DNA of 64,000 bases from Eledone cirrhosa (GCA_964016885.1 OZ024749.1:46872001-46936000); one strand, 5' to 3'; positions 28,398-43,468 are shown, counted from the first letter of the stretch. A program made the numbers and translations. The notes: a model not told the origin generated them from the sequence alone.

Positions 28398-31300
28398 CAT
28401 ACACACACACATACACATACACACACACCCATATATATATATATGGGTGTGTGTGTGTGTATGTGTATGCATGTGTGTGAATATGTGTGTGTGTGTGTGT
28501 GTAATGATCGGTTAGACATTATGACGAATCAGTATCAGTGAAATGCCCATCTGACAAATAATTGAACGATATATTTGCCTACATAAATAAACTTCTATAT
28601 TTGCGATTCAACATACTTGATCCTGACTTTTATTTGCCAGGAGGTGGGGCAACATATTCATGTTCACAAACATGTGAAGGAATAGAATAATGACGGAATT
28701 ATTACTTTCTAAAACAGCAAATGATGATTCATCTTTCTGAAAAGATTTTCTTAATTGATGGGTTTCAACCATTTTAAACAGCAGGTCTCTCCGCTTACAA
28801 ACCGAATCATTAAATAAGAATTATAAATGTGGCAATGCTTCCATTTCTCTGTATATCTCAGTCTCTCTCTCCCTATATATATGTACATACATATATGTGT
28901 GTATGTGCATGTATATGGGTGTCTGTGTGTGTGTGCATACATATCTATCTATCTACATATTTCAGTATACACACACGTACATACTTGATGTAGAGTGTTT
29001 TTTTACATTTTAAATTTAATATGAGAGATTGGACATCAGAATTTTCAAAATTGAATGTGTTCTGATTATCAGTCGGCTTTTCATCAGATATTATGTTTCT
29101 AAAATTAATTAGTATCACACACGCTTTAATGAGGCTATACTTTTTGATGTTTGCAACAACCTCGGAACATATACACGGCATATATATAGAAAACACTTTT
29201 TTGAAAGGCACTGGAAACAATTATCCTTCTATAAACAGGGATAAATGGTTTTAACTTTAATTTGGTAACATTTTTTGACATGTTTGCTTATGAATAAGGG
29301 TTGGTTATTATGTAGTCCACGAATATCGTTAATGTTAATTTGTCACTAAACGAATGGAAGCATAACATACAACGAAATCAAATATTTTAAGCACCATAAT
29401 TGAGACAGTCTTCTGAAATGCACGTATCGATTGTAAAAATAAAGAGGCTAGCTCCTAGCTCAAGCTGACCGATAGGCCTATAAAAACGAAATGCATCCGT
29501 CAAAATGCAAAAGGTAGTAATTTACGGATAACCAGAGACGCAAGCTGGTAATGGAGAAAAAATGAAACTTGCTTTAGCCTAAACCAGAAAAAAAATTATT
29601 AGATATGTTCATATGATTTTTAAATGTATTTTCTTTACAACTATATTGATTCGTGCTAACATCTGCATTATCATGTGGGTAGCTATGAGGTAATCAATAA
29701 TTAATGATATGTACTGTCCGCGTGTTGCCGTTCATATGTTAAGGGAATAACATATGCGTACTGTTTAATATTTATATAATTAATTAACGAAACGAAAAAT
29801 ATCAAAACCTGTTTAATTATAATATGACAATCAATTTTTGTAGCTTTAACTCCGATTTAGCTTTCATCATATGTGTGCTTGTAAGGATAACCGCATTTTT
29901 TTTGTGTTTATTGTTCACTTGTTTTCAATTTCGTTTTCCTTTTTGCTTCTAAATACAAAGTGAAACTAGTTTAAATGAACATCATTTATAGATATTGGGA
30001 TCGTTTATGCAATACAAGCAATATGTTAATAAATTCAGTGTTTCAACATTATATTAACCAATAAACACATATGAAACATGCGTCTACATAGTCGATGATG
30101 TTGGATTCAATGTGATATCTACACAACATATTCCATTGGTAAGATGAGTTAAAATCAATGCAAATCTTCATCTTTCGTGGTTCAGGATCGAATAGTTATA
30201 GTAGCAGAGCATTTATAATTCAAAGTTCAATAAGACCAAGTATTAGTATTATTACTCTTTATTTATACATCTAATGCTTATGTTGACGAACCACTATTAA
30301 TATTTCGTTATCAGGGTAATTGCGACATTTTCAATAAGCTGAAGAAGACTGAGGCAATGTTTCCTGAGTAAGTATAACATCCTAATATATGCATTGGCCA
30401 ATGAACCTTCTCAACTAAACAGCGATTCTCTAGAAGTTCTTTGAAATAAAGTGTTAATGCAAAAACATATATATACATTAGATACAAATTTGGAGATCTC
30501 AGTAACATTACCTATACTAATACTGACAGAAGCTTGAATAAATGAATCTAGAAAGTGTGAAATAATATATCCATAATCAGACTTTTTCTACCAGATACAC
30601 TATTGATATGAAAGTGGGTGTGAAATAAAAGTCAATTAATTTACTATAATTACTGATTTTTTTGTCTTTATTTTTAATTTGCCTTTATATGATTTTCAGA
30701 TATATGTGTTAACGTTATTATATATATATTTGCTTTTATTTTCACTTAAAAGCTTGAAAAATAATTAATAAAATATAGATTACTTCTTGGAATAAAAATA
30801 ATTAAAAACAAATTTGTAAATGAGACCTTTTAAAAATAGTTTCTTTAATGATTTTCAAATTACGTTTTAGCAATATTTTGCTCTTAGCTATTATTGTATT
30901 CTTCTTCTTTGAAGCTTCTTTTACAATATTTCTATTATGTGTATAGTAACTATAGTTCATTTGACAGCATTCATTTATATCTCTACTTTTTCTGTTATTG
31001 TTACTGCTTGCAACATACAAGTATACATTTATGTCAGCATTTCCCTTTAAATATTCTCTACATTCACATGAATAAATTCTACCTCGCTACTTTTGTAAAT
31101 CTATCAGTAAAACATCATACAATTCCTATTATAAGGGATAACATATTTGAAGAGCATATATTTACAACCACTCGTTATGAGTGACAGTGTGAGAACATTT
31201 GCACAATATTTAAAATGTTCTATTTTCTGTGGTTTAATGAAGAATGAAACAAGAAGTGCTCAACACATACTGAGACTTTCAGAGATACATATAGTTAATC

Positions 31301-32706
31301 ATCGCCTGCAAACTATGTTGCTACAATGCTGAGAAAGTATAAAAGGAGACGAATGATTGAAAAACATGTTGAAATCGAAAGCTGATCAACAAAACAAAAT
31401 GCGTAAGATAAAAATGAGATACGGCTACATTGGACATGTTTATATATGTAGATACGGTATACAGCTACCTAGTTCTCGGGTGCATGATCCCTTTTCTAAT
31501 TATAGTAATATACAGAGAAATGGGAAGCTCCAGGGCAGTCAATGTGCTAGTTTTATTACTATGCTTGATTGAAGAGCTGCAGTATATGATCATTTATCAA
31601 GGCATTACACAATATCACACGTCCTAATTATTTATTAGGTCATTAGTAATATAACGGAGGTACTTTAAGAGGTATGAGAATACGTAAATACATTATCCTT
31701 ATCGAGTCGTCAGGAAAGAAAATATCCGGAGTGTTAGAGGAAAACGTTGGTGGGAAAAGGAATAGCGGACAGATAAATGGAAAAGGTGAGCTAATAGCCA
31801 CTGTAACTGATTGTATTTTTTATGCGTGATGTCTAAGCGAAGGGAGGATAGATCTAAAACTATAATTTGGAAATAAAAAGGGAGATCAAGTGAAAGGAGA
31901 TAGCAGTCAAATGCCATCGCCACTGATTACATACTCCTGCGTTAATATCATAATATTCCAAATGCAATCTACTATATATTTGAGAGTTTTCTGTGTGTAT
32001 TTATGTATGTATGACGATGTCATGTTTTTTGCTATAATGCAAAGTGTTGTCGTCAGTTGTCGTCGCGGTATGTTTAAAGGAAAATGCATAGGGTAAAATA
32101 CACAAAAGGCCACATTCAACATTCAACTTCACGGCGTAAGTCTCCTTCGAAACCTCCCTGGGAAGGATTGACGATTCACGGGGAATTAACACGGTATTAA
32201 GTTACGAAAGACAACGCACTTGTGACATAACCAGCCATGGAATTAAAGAATTAAAGAAATCACATTCTACAGTGAAGGTTGGCTGTCAAATACGGGCTAA
32301 TCTGCTAGTTTAAAACAAAAAGAGAGTATAGTAGAGCGACAGCAGTAATTTTGTTTAAATATCTGCTTGATGGATATTGATCAGAGACGATGTAGGAAAG
32401 ACATTGTAAAAGATAGAGAAATCTTCATACGCTAGAAAAGTTATAAGTATATATTTTATTTGGTATAGCTGTAAGAGCGAAAACGTTTCATTGTTTCATA
32501 GATGCAACAGGAAGTGAAATGTGTTTATATAAAGCAATATATTTAAATATAAATATATATTCCATCAGTTTAAAGACATCAATTGCCTTGTATACATTTC
32601 TATTTTTAATATTTACATATAGAGAATTACATATAATTTAATTTTCCATATACGACGCAATCATATACGCATATATATATATATATATTCACACACACAC
32701 ATATAA

Positions 32707-32765
<59 letters not shown>

Positions 32766-32811
32766 GGCGTGTGTGTGTACGTGCACGTGTGTGTATTCGT
32801 GTGTGTATATA

Positions 32812-32894
<83 letters not shown>

Positions 32895-33024
32895 TTAAAA
32901 GTTAAACAAGGTTCAATAAATAAATAAAAGAAGGAGTTTAGATTGGAATCACTCAACAATTTGGTTTTCCAGATTTATTATTAATTCAACATATTAACAA
33001 AATAGATATTCTTGTGATCAAGTA

Positions 33025-33091
33025 TATTTTATTATACATATTTCAGAGGTACTGAGTTAAATTCAACAGCACGTCCTCATCAGATTAAATA
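33025..33091 (-). ncRNA. Minimal type I hammerhead ribozyme motif in the upstream pseudo-LTR
   Basis: Minus strand: tatttaat-CTGATGA-Ggacgtgctg...cagtacctC-tGAAA-tatgta-TA^ataaaata. Stem I pairs 7 of 8, stem II includes gtgctg/cagtac, and stem III is short and near-palindromic. Confidence 0.7.
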
Positions 33092-33386
33092 AAATGATGC
33101 ATGACATACCCTAACATAGTAGATGGTTAAGATTCAGTCATGTTAGTGAGTAATATATGACAACACTCAATATTTATGTACCTTAATATTGAGAACATGA
33201 GTAAAATATTTAATACATACAATAGAGAGGGTGCATGTGAGACAGCTTAAACATACTTGGCATCAATATAACAGTTAAAAACATTTAAATTATTGAAGTA
33301 AGAGGAAAGAAAGGAAAGCATAGAGGAAGAAACAGCTGATGGGATAATATAGGTAATAGGGGCCTCGTAAAACAAAAGAGAGTTGC

Positions 33387-33389
<3 letters not shown>

Positions 33390-33473
<84 letters not shown>
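33390..33473. repeat. (GA)n microsatellite in the PLE 5' region
   Basis: Directly visible. Confidence 0.95.
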
Positions 33474-33477
<4 letters not shown>

Positions 33478-33559
33478 TAACTTGTGTTCAAGTTTTTAGA
33501 CAATTATCCTTATATACAATATATATCTAAACTTATTTGGTTGACCGTTAATATTCAAA

Positions 33560-35759
33560 ATATTTAATTTAAGTTAGTTCAGAGTAATGAATACTATTTT
33601 AGGTTTTAAGAGTTAATAGGTATCTGTATTAATATTAAAGTATACTATCAAATGTAATTTCGCATTTCATTTCGATAATAAAGAAGCTAAAAGAAAAGCC
33701 AACAGCAATTATTTCGAAACTATCTTTAAATCCAGAAATAATCCTCCATACAATACACTCCAGGAGGATTTTGAAACTGAAATGCTCAATATACTTAAGA
33801 AAATTAAATTCAGGAAAAAACCGATATATAGGTCACCAATACCTTAGAACTTTAAAAGAAAATATCTCGGATATAAAAAAAGTTAATAAAATATTGGTAA
33901 AATCTGACAAAACAAATAATTTATATGGGATAAATAAAAAATAATATAATGATTTGATTTTAAAAGAACTAAGGAACAATTATAAAGAAGCCCCGGCCGA
34001 AGATCTTACAGATATCAATAATGATGCATATAAATTAATTGCAAATTTAGGAATTGAAGGTAGAACCGAGCCTTTTATACGTAGACAGACGAGGATTAAT
34101 TCTAAAGATCACACAAGAAACTTTGAGGAAGACCTGCCAGTTAGACTGATTGCTCCATCTAAATCGGATATTAGACTAATCAGTAAGAATATTATTGATA
34201 GAATTTTACCTATTTTGAAATTAAGGTCTAAATTGAGATTGTGGAAGGACACGAATGAATTGATTGATTGGTATAACAATATAGATGATAAGAAAAACCA
34301 TAAATTCATCCAGATGGACATCACAAACTATTAAACTTCCATTACGCCTAACCTACTAAATAATGCTTTATCCTACGCTTACAAACATAAAGATCTAACT
34401 ACGGAGGAAATCGATATCATATTAACTGCTAGTAGAACTCTAATTAATTTCAACAATGAGTATTGGACCCGCTCAGAGAGAAATAGAAACGTCGATATTA
34501 CCATGGGATCATCTGACTCAGCGCAAGTCACGGATCTTCTGGAGATTTTCATCTTAAATATGATAAATAGAAAACTGCCTGAGATTACAGATGGTTTATA
34601 TAGGTTCGATATTTTATTTACGGTTGTTAAACACAGCAATACAGAACTAAATATGGTAAAGAAAAATATAATTGAATTCTTTAAAAATAACGACCTTAAA
34701 TTAGAGGTAGAAAGTGGTACCAAAATAGTTAATTTCCTTGATGTTACTCTTAACTTAAACTTTATTACCCGTTCCATAAGCCCAATGAAAACATAAATTA
34801 CGTTAGTTATTACTCTAATCACCCTAAATCTGTGAAAAATGCAATTGTCAATAGTGTACAGAAACGCATAACTAGAATATATGTCAATAAATCAATATTT
34901 GATGAAAAAGCAGGATATTACAATGATGCGCTAAGAAAGGCAGGTTATAAAAATAATATAGAATATATAGACAATAATAATTCGAATCTTAATCCTGATA
35001 AAAATAATAATAATATGACAGGAATGTATAAACGAAATTCTAAAAATTATAATTCACACACTTGTACTGTGAACAGATCGGGGAAAAGAACCAGAACTAA
35101 ATCACTTATATGGTTCCCCACTCCTGCTTCTGTAGAAGTAAGAACACTACTAGCTAATTTATTCTTTAAGGCTTTAGATAATTCCTTCCCTAGTCAACAT
35201 ATATAATAGATACACAATTAAGCCTTCTTATTCTACAACTAGGAATATGGCCCAAAACATCGCTAAACTAAATAGTAGAATTCTAAACCAAAATTAGCAT
35301 AATGGTGTTAATAATATTGTTAATATAAATAATAATAAATCGAAATGTAATTGTAGAAATAAACCAGATTGCCCTCTGCAAAATAATTGTCTGGATAGAA
35401 ATTTGGTGTATAAATGCACCGTAAAAACAAATAACAACACATACAACTACATAGGGGCAACTTCCTCGACATTTAAATCGAGATTTACGAATCATAAATG
35501 CTCGCTTTCGAATTTTAATAGGAAGTCTTCGACTTCTTTATCACAACTTATATGGTCATTAAAAGACAACAATTTAAAATACTCGATTTTTTGGACGAAA
35601 CTTTGTAATAGTAGAATCTACTCGAACTCGTCTATATCAACTAACTGCAACCTCTGCACAAAGGAGACCCTATTAATAATTACTAATTATGAAAACTTAA
35701 TTAACAAAACAAGTTGCTTCATAAAGCTTTGTCTTCATTCCAAGCCTTGCAAAAAGTAA
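33560..35759 (+). pseudogene. Disrupted PLE RT / GIY-YIG ORF
   Basis: FKSRNNPP...DFE, VKSDKT, PVRLIAPSKS, FIQMDITNY*TSI, MGSSDSAQVTDL, GLYRFD (YRDD decayed), VNFLDVTLNL, SNHP, CNCRNKPDCPLQNNC, VYKC...YIGATSSTFKSRFTNH, CNLC...CLH; several stops and frameshifts. Confidence 0.88.
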
Positions 35760-36039
35760 GGAAAACACACTAAAGAAACAGGTTTTAATTGTTGACGTCT
35801 CTTATCAACTGTTGGACCTAAAACGTTATAACAGTTTATAAAACTTTAATAATACTTTATTTTCTAATCATTTACCATAGAATTACTGTTAGAATGAAGG
35901 ATCCTGTTTACGTATATAAACATATGATTTGTTAACTTGTTCTCTTGATAAATATGCACACCTTTGGATTATTTTAGATATAAATAATTTAGATTTTTAT
36001 ATATTTGTCTCTGTTTTAAATATATAATTTGATAAAGTA

Positions 36040-36106
36040 TATTTTAATATACCTATTGCAGGGGTACTGAGTTAACTTCAAGAGTACGTCCTCATCAGAT
36101 ACAATA
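36040..36106 (-). ncRNA. Degenerate hammerhead copy in the downstream pseudo-LTR (GAAA changed to GCAA)
   Basis: Minus strand: tattgtat-CTGATGA-Ggacgtac...gtacccC-tGCAA-taggta-TA-ttaaaata. Confidence 0.55.
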
Positions 36107-36299
36107 AGATGATGTATGACATACCTTGACATAGTAGATGGTTAAGATTCAGTCATGGTAGTGAGTAATATATGACACAACTCAATATGTTTATTCCTTA
36201 ATATTGAGAACATGAGACAAATATATAATACATGCTAAAATACCCCCACTCCTTACAGACACATTCCTACTGACCATCCCGCTACCACGAATTACTCTG

Positions 36300-36351
<52 letters not shown>

Positions 36352-36355
36352 GCGT

Positions 36356-36401
<46 letters not shown>

Positions 36402-36897
36402 ACACACACACACACACTTATCTTAATAGCCCTTTGAACTGTCAACATGCAGCTGTCCGCACACACATCCCTGCTAACCAGTATCACAACATCGAACACT
36501 TTACTACTACTACTATACACACACACACACACACACACATATTTGTGTGAAAGAGTCATTTATCAGTCTTGGCGCAAAATCAATTTTTTACATTCACATG
36601 ACCTCTACCGACCAATCAAAATTGTTTTGACCACAAGAATTTTTGCAACACCAAGTAGCGCTGGAGCCACTTTTTTAACATAAAAACAGGTAGAATTCCC
36701 AAAACTAATCAATTCAGAGCTAACAACACGGACGCTCTATCTCAAAATTATTTTTGAAAAGCATTTAGAAATGCGCAACCGGTAAAAATGTAAAACCACA
36801 ACTGAATACTAACCAATACAATCAGTAATACTCTTTTATTCCTAATTAAACTATTTTTCAACTGTGAACAATTTGTCAGCATTTTCTATTCCGTTTA

Positions 36898-36940
<43 letters not shown>

Positions 36941-36943
36941 ATA

Positions 36944-38507
36944 GTAATAATAATAATTTGGGAGACTAAAATCCAAAGAGTGCTCGATAAGGATAAATAT
37001 ATATCAAATATATAAGGACCGTAGAGCAAATATTTATTAAAATAACAGATTAAAGTTTAAGCAAAGAATCGTTGCTTTCAGCCTTAAATAAGTAAGCATT
37101 CTAACCATCCTGCCAGTATAATCTAGAACCTGGTAAGAAACGTTTCTTTGAGACTTTCCCGTCTTTCTACAAACGACCCTATTTTCATCGACCATTCAAC
37201 ATATTACAATGAAGCTCTTACTCGGAGTGGATTTGTCGATAAGGTAGCATATACAGAGTATGAGAATAGACCTAGGAAAAAAAAAAATCCCGGAGCATTA
37301 TATGGTATAAACCACCATGCAATATGGAAGTGGCCGCACCATTAGCTAAGATCTTTGTCTCTCTTATTATGAAGTATTTCCCCTCAGCACATAAATATAG
37401 TAAAATTGTTAATAGAAATACCATTAAAATGTCTTACTCTACGACACCTATCCTTGCACATAACATCACAGCTTCAAATTTAGCTAAATTAACTAGCCGT
37501 AGGAGCACATGCATCCCTGTAGCTAGTACTAACTCTAATTGTAGGAATCGGGTTAACTGTCCTCTATCCAGGAAATGCCTCTCTATCCAGGGAAGGCCTA
37601 CATAGATTCAAGCAGCGTCTTTACATGCATACCCATTCTTTTCTGAACCCTTTAAGAAGGAATATTACGTCATTTTCAGCTTATATCTCGAGTCTAAAAG
37701 ACAACCACACCCAATATAAATTACACTGGGAGATCCTATCTAGGGCTAGATCGTAAAACGGAAATAAAAGACAAGGTGACATCTGCGCCGCTGAAACCCT
37801 GGAAATACTCTACGCCAAAGACCACATCTTAAACAAAAATCTGAGGCGGTTTCGGCTTTCAAACATAAATTGCACAACACTGTTTTCTGTATTACAGTCC
37901 CACATTATAGCCTAACGGATAGTACGAACTATACGTGGATAATTTACGTCATGCTGTGGTAGCTAAGTATATGTTAGGTTTATACCATTACTTATTTGTA
38001 TAGGTAAGTATATATTACCTGTATGTTTTGTGAAGGTACGTATAATGTCTTGTACGTATATGTGCTTGTATTTGCATACCCATGGCGGGTGTTTTCGCGT
38101 ATGCATGTGTAAGTACGTATATGGATGTGTGCATGTATATATTTAATGTTTTGTTGATTTCAATAATTTCTGTAATTTATTTACATTATTCTTAATTCTG
38201 AAGCCGAGAATCATTCGGTTTCCTAAATATAATTTTAGTTACGACTTCAGTTATACCATAAACGTAGTTTTGTCTTTGCGTGTACTTGTTCTTATCATAA
38301 AGACGTATTATCTTTGGTGTTTTTTTCGTTATTTGCCAGGGAACGTTCCCACGAACGATAGTATCGTCTTCCTGTTTTCCTTCCGTTGCGATGTTTTTCG
38401 AAATATTTTCTTCTGCGTTTACGTATTGATTTTTTAGATTCAGAAGTTCTCGTTAAGAGTGAAAGTAGCGATTCTTTGCTTAAACCTTAATCTGTTATTT
38501 TAATTAG
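36944..38507 (+). mobile_element. 5'-truncated decayed Naiad-like PLE between (TA)n tracts
   Basis: SNHP, RLSRLSTN, YYNEALTRSGF, KYFPSAHKYSKIVNRNTIKMSYSTTP and NCRNRVNCPLSRKCL, paralleling 34830-35400 and 60444-61160; about 600 bp of 3' UTR. Confidence 0.85.
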
Positions 38508-38722
<215 letters not shown>

Positions 38723-38723
38723 G

Positions 38724-38772
<49 letters not shown>

Positions 38773-38773
<1 letters not shown>

Positions 38774-38908
38774 GTTACGTTATTCCGGGTTGAATCGGAG
38801 GGAACCACAGTAAGTAAGGTACTCAATACACAGCAGAGTATAAAAGTTTTAATATAGATGAGATTCTGCAGGACTAGAACTGTTTCATTCTTTAGAAATC
38901 ATCAGGAA

Positions 38909-38914
<6 letters not shown>
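38773..38914 (-). mobile_element. Approx. 140-bp ORF-less element with a hammerhead motif, embedded in (TA)n
   Basis: Homologous to 9093-9235. Minus strand: atgagattc-CTGATGA-tttc-taaa-gaa-tGAAAc-agttcta-GTC-ctgca-gaatctcat. Confidence 0.75.
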
Positions 38915-38983
<69 letters not shown>

Positions 38984-39789
38984 ATGTATGTATTAAGTCA
39001 CACACATTTATATAAATATGTTTATATAGATGATGTTATAATAGTAAAACCTACCGTAACAAACAATAATATATAGCATGCGTACCTTTCATGTTAAGCT
39101 GAAATGTCCGACTGCAATTGCTATAACATTATACTCTAAGAATAAATTAATCTCATCTCAAATTAGTAATAGATAAGTACATGAACTATCGAGCCAAATC
39201 TCAACAATTTCACTTCAATATCTTATTAAATTACTCATCTTAATCAAGTTAACATCAAAGTATTAATCACGAGTGTGCAAATAGACAGATGTGTATAACT
39301 GCAGAGAAACAGTACGCTGGACACTTAACGGAAACACTTATGAACGATCACTCGTAATTGATATAACAATTAATATACATTTGTATACATGTCCATGTAG
39401 GAATAGAGAAATAGGAAAGGGGAATTCAAAATTCATTAATCTTTACTGGTTGGTCCAAATTAGCTGAACACAACCGAAAAATGTTGCAACTAACTTGCCG
39501 TAAACAATATCATGTGATATTCGCTTCAACAACAATACGATTTTCTGAAATCCTTTTGAGAGGCGAAAGAAAATGGCAGGCTGAGAACCAAGGGCACCTA
39601 ATATCTTGTTGAAAAGTTGCACAACATAAAATAATGGATGTAGCGTAACATTTTCTTTATGAGCATCCGATATAAAATGTCTTCCGTAATATTATTATCC
39701 TTCTTATTCTTTTTTTCGCTTTTGTTTTATCATTGTGCTATGACCGAGAGTCTTTTACAATTATTTATACTGGCTTAATGATATATATA

Positions 39790-40320
39790 TATATATATAT
39801 CATTAGTGTGGAAGGAATTGTTCAGCCCCAGAAAGCAGTTTTGTTCTAGGAGGGGGAAATCTTATTTTCCAACCGGCACTACTTTTCCAAAATACTCTAT
39901 CTTTGGAAATCATTAGGTGTAATTATTAAACGGATTGCCTAGTGTAATCACAGGCTGATCCCAAACGTATTTAATGTGTATTTACAAGAGGAATTAATCA
40001 AGGAAAGTACACGAGGGTAAAGCGTGGTCTTGACAACCCGTTTGGTTACCATGTACTGGGAAACGCACTCCCAAACATGTTTTTCGGCAACAGTGTAATA
40101 GGCATCGGTGAATGAAATAGGAATGGATGTCGACATTTTTCTAGACGACGTACTTAGAGCGTTTATTCTGCCCAGTGAAAAAATAGCGATCTTGGAATAT
40201 TTTATCATAGTTCGCCCCCACATACCACATTTTCTCTCTCCAGCTCACAATCAATGTTTATCTTCTAAGAATTGTTTTACTTGATTCTTAGCCTTCCCGA
40301 GACCTTTACAAACGACAAAT
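39790..40320 (-). pseudogene. Possible very decayed Tc1/mariner transposase relic
   Basis: Minus-strand MWG...KIAIFSLGRINA and IKYVWDQ resemble the VWG and PIENVW motifs in the right order; heavily frameshifted. Confidence 0.3.
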
Positions 40321-41020
40321 GACCGAAAGTTATGTATAGTTTCTATTCATTCACAATGTAATATATTAGGAGTTAGTTGTTTTGTTGTTGCATTGTTAAA
40401 TATTTTACTCGTGTTTGACTCATGATATAGAGAATAAAGACTGTACATATATCATTACAAAGAATCGAAAATAACTGCCTAAAATCTGACAAGGTTAACA
40501 AAAGATAGTGTTATGCCACGAGTAGAATATTCTATTTTCGTATATGACAGGAGAAACTCCGAAATGATATCATAAGACAGGAGGCACTTTTTATTATCTT
40601 TGATGTTTTAAAATTTCTATAATATTGAACACTTCGATGATTATAGAAAAACATTACAAAACAAATATTGTTCGATGTAGCTATTAAAGTTAGATAGAAA
40701 CTATATCAGAGCACTATGATAGCTTTGTATTATAGTAAAATATAAATTAATGTAATTGGCAATGAATATACGTTGTTCTAACATAAATCGAACCATTTTT
40801 ATTGCCAGGAATATAATCAATACTTCTCTGTAATTCTACTTCATGAAACGCATAAAAGAAATAAATATCCGTACATATATGCAGACTATAATATTAATAA
40901 TAATTTACGGATATATAGCAGAACAATATAGGGACACTTTAAAATCCTTTATAATGCCTGAAGTAAAATAAGATATTCTCTCCCCAAGTAAAAATTATGG
41001 AGTTAGAAAAACATATATGT

Positions 41021-41093
<73 letters not shown>

Positions 41094-43468
41094 CAAGTAA
41101 TTATGTTTTGAAACAGTGGGCAGGTTTGAAATTTGAAAATACGGACGTTTATGGAGTTTGCAAATAAATTTTCGCTCCGAGACACATAATTGTTTATGGA
41201 AAAACATGAAGGGGCCCATGCATAGCCGTTTTCCCATATGAATCCACTGATGTTTTCTAAACGAAAAAGACAATCCAATACTTATTGATATTAGTAACGT
41301 CACAACTCATTGAGGAACGTGAAATATCATGCTTTGCGCAACAAAAATTCACGCCGCTCCATCCGCAAATCGAACTCACAACATCACGATTGTGTGTTTG
41401 TTTGTGTGCATGTATGTCTGTGCTTGTGTATGGGTTGGTATGAATAACTCTATGGAAAGTATGTAATACCCATTTATATGGCTTATCCACAAGAGCACAG
41501 TGAATAATACATTTGATATTAAATAACCTTAGAAATCAGAACGGATATTTACTTGTAATTTCTTCGTCAAACCAATATTTTCCTGTGTTGAGAGAATTAT
41601 GTCCTAAATCGGAAAATTGGCAACTCTCAAGAAATTTGGTGTAAATGAAGAAAACTGGAATGTAATGTATAACATTAGTCTGGGGTTGTTGATCATCATA
41701 ACGGCAACATTCACGATAATTTGTTAGCTGAGAAAATAAAATGATATATTATTGGCGAAGTTTCTTTCGCTAAGTTATTGAAATGACTATTACACACAGG
41801 ATTATTATCTCATAATTCATCCTATGTTTAGACCCATCATTCGTAACGTTAAGTTTAGGAGAGAATGTTCTTACTGGAGCCTACTGCAAAAATATAAGTG
41901 AAAAATATAAGTGAAAAATATAAGTGAAAAACGAAGAAATAGCCCACTGAGATATTTATGAACAAGTTCAGCAATGTCTGAACTTCTACAATAAAATGTA
42001 ACAATTACTATAATATTTGAAAACATATATAAATAAATGGATGAAGTAAATATAATCAATTTTAAAGTCCTATAAATATTTCTGCTAATCTGTGTTTTGT
42101 TTAGAAAACAGAAAATAAATAATATTTTATTCATTTGTTTTAAAGGATGAATTGAGTTCATATGAACTTAGGTGAAATTTGAGAACGTGAAGGTCGAAAA
42201 CTGTTATATACTCAGGGATATAAATGACAGATCTATTTTCAAATTTAGAATCATATAATAGATATTGTAGATAACAAAATCTGTGTTTACTTCTCCAAAT
42301 GGAAATTATTTCCAAATAGTATTACTCAAGCGTCATTTGATGGTGAGAAGTGAAGCAACATATCAAAACAATAGATGTAGGAAAAGAAGGCTCTAATTTG
42401 TCTTTCTCGGAATCCTACACACAATTTGGGACATTTCTTTATAACATTCGGAGGGTGTTTGGTGTTTATTAGCCCGGTTTCTGTAGCAACAGCGATTACA
42501 ATGTATCCTCTGAATTGGACGCAAGGGCATGTTTGTTTTAACACCACCACATATACATCATTCCTATTATTTTCGTTCACATAAAATCACTATGATTATA
42601 ACCGTGTATCATTTAAAACATTCTATTTATTTATATAAGTTACCATCATACATACAATGTTGTCCAATACACATTTGTTTCAAATGCTTGATTAGCATGT
42701 CCATGTACCGATAACATCTTATATTATATTTATAAGATTTGCCCAATATATTATTATATTTCTGTCTGCCATTCGTTATATTTAAGTCTACAATACTAAT
42801 TTTAGTTTTGATTTCTAATTGCGGTAGTCATGCTCCAATGTCTGTTTTAGGAAAATGTAAATTCATAATATCCGCTTTAGTATTGTATATCCAAAATACT
42901 GTAATTCATGAATGTTACTATCCGTCTAGTGACATTAATAGTTTCATCTTATATCTCATCACATTACACTTTATTTCTAGAACTTCTCTCACTTTATTAT
43001 TAGTTATATTTGTTCTTATCTATGCTTTATTACATGAAATTTTAATTCTGAAAACGAGATATAGGCATATGTATAAACAGAATCACACACACAAAACATA
43101 TACATGCATTGCATCATATGCAAACACACACACACACCCACACACGCGCGCACACACACATAGATACAGAGGCACAAACACTCTCTCACACACATACATA
43201 TATATACATTGGTGATAGTATTTAGTTTAGGCTATGTATTACTGTATATTGCACTAATACCAGACCACTAATGCTGTCACATACAAAGTTTGATTAAACA
43301 TGAGTTCTTGGCATGGTATCTGTACATTGCATGTTTGTAAACAGCTGAGTCTGTACATTATTTTCGAAAGAACTAATTTAACCTAAAAGATATACATTAT
43401 CGGACAGACAGGTGTTTCGTAGATCATCGGCAATATGATTGTTTGATATTATAGTCGTTGTTTCAATT

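Larger units (their letters stand above)
33020..36232 (+). mobile_element. Near full-length, decayed Penelope-like element (Naiad-like) flanked by approx. 200-bp direct repeats (pseudo-LTRs)
   Basis: RT plus C-terminal GIY-YIG coding remnant at about 33560-35759. Direct repeats at 33020-33219 and 36035-36232 share acatagtagatggttaagattcagtcatg and ccttaatattgagaacatgag. Confidence 0.88.

Noticed and set aside
31200-31460. KMRYGYIGHV resembling the RTE RLRWFGHV motif
   Set aside because: Isolated weak match with no neighbouring motifs.
33560-35759. Possible selenocysteine recoding, as reported for some Naiad PLEs
   Set aside because: The stops I could place are TAA/TAG or frameshifts, and the zinc-finger cysteines use TGY codons. 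This is ordinary decay.
38195-38255. Hammerhead-like CTGAAGT...GAAA-ccga/tcgg on -
   Set aside because: No NUH triplet and no stem I.
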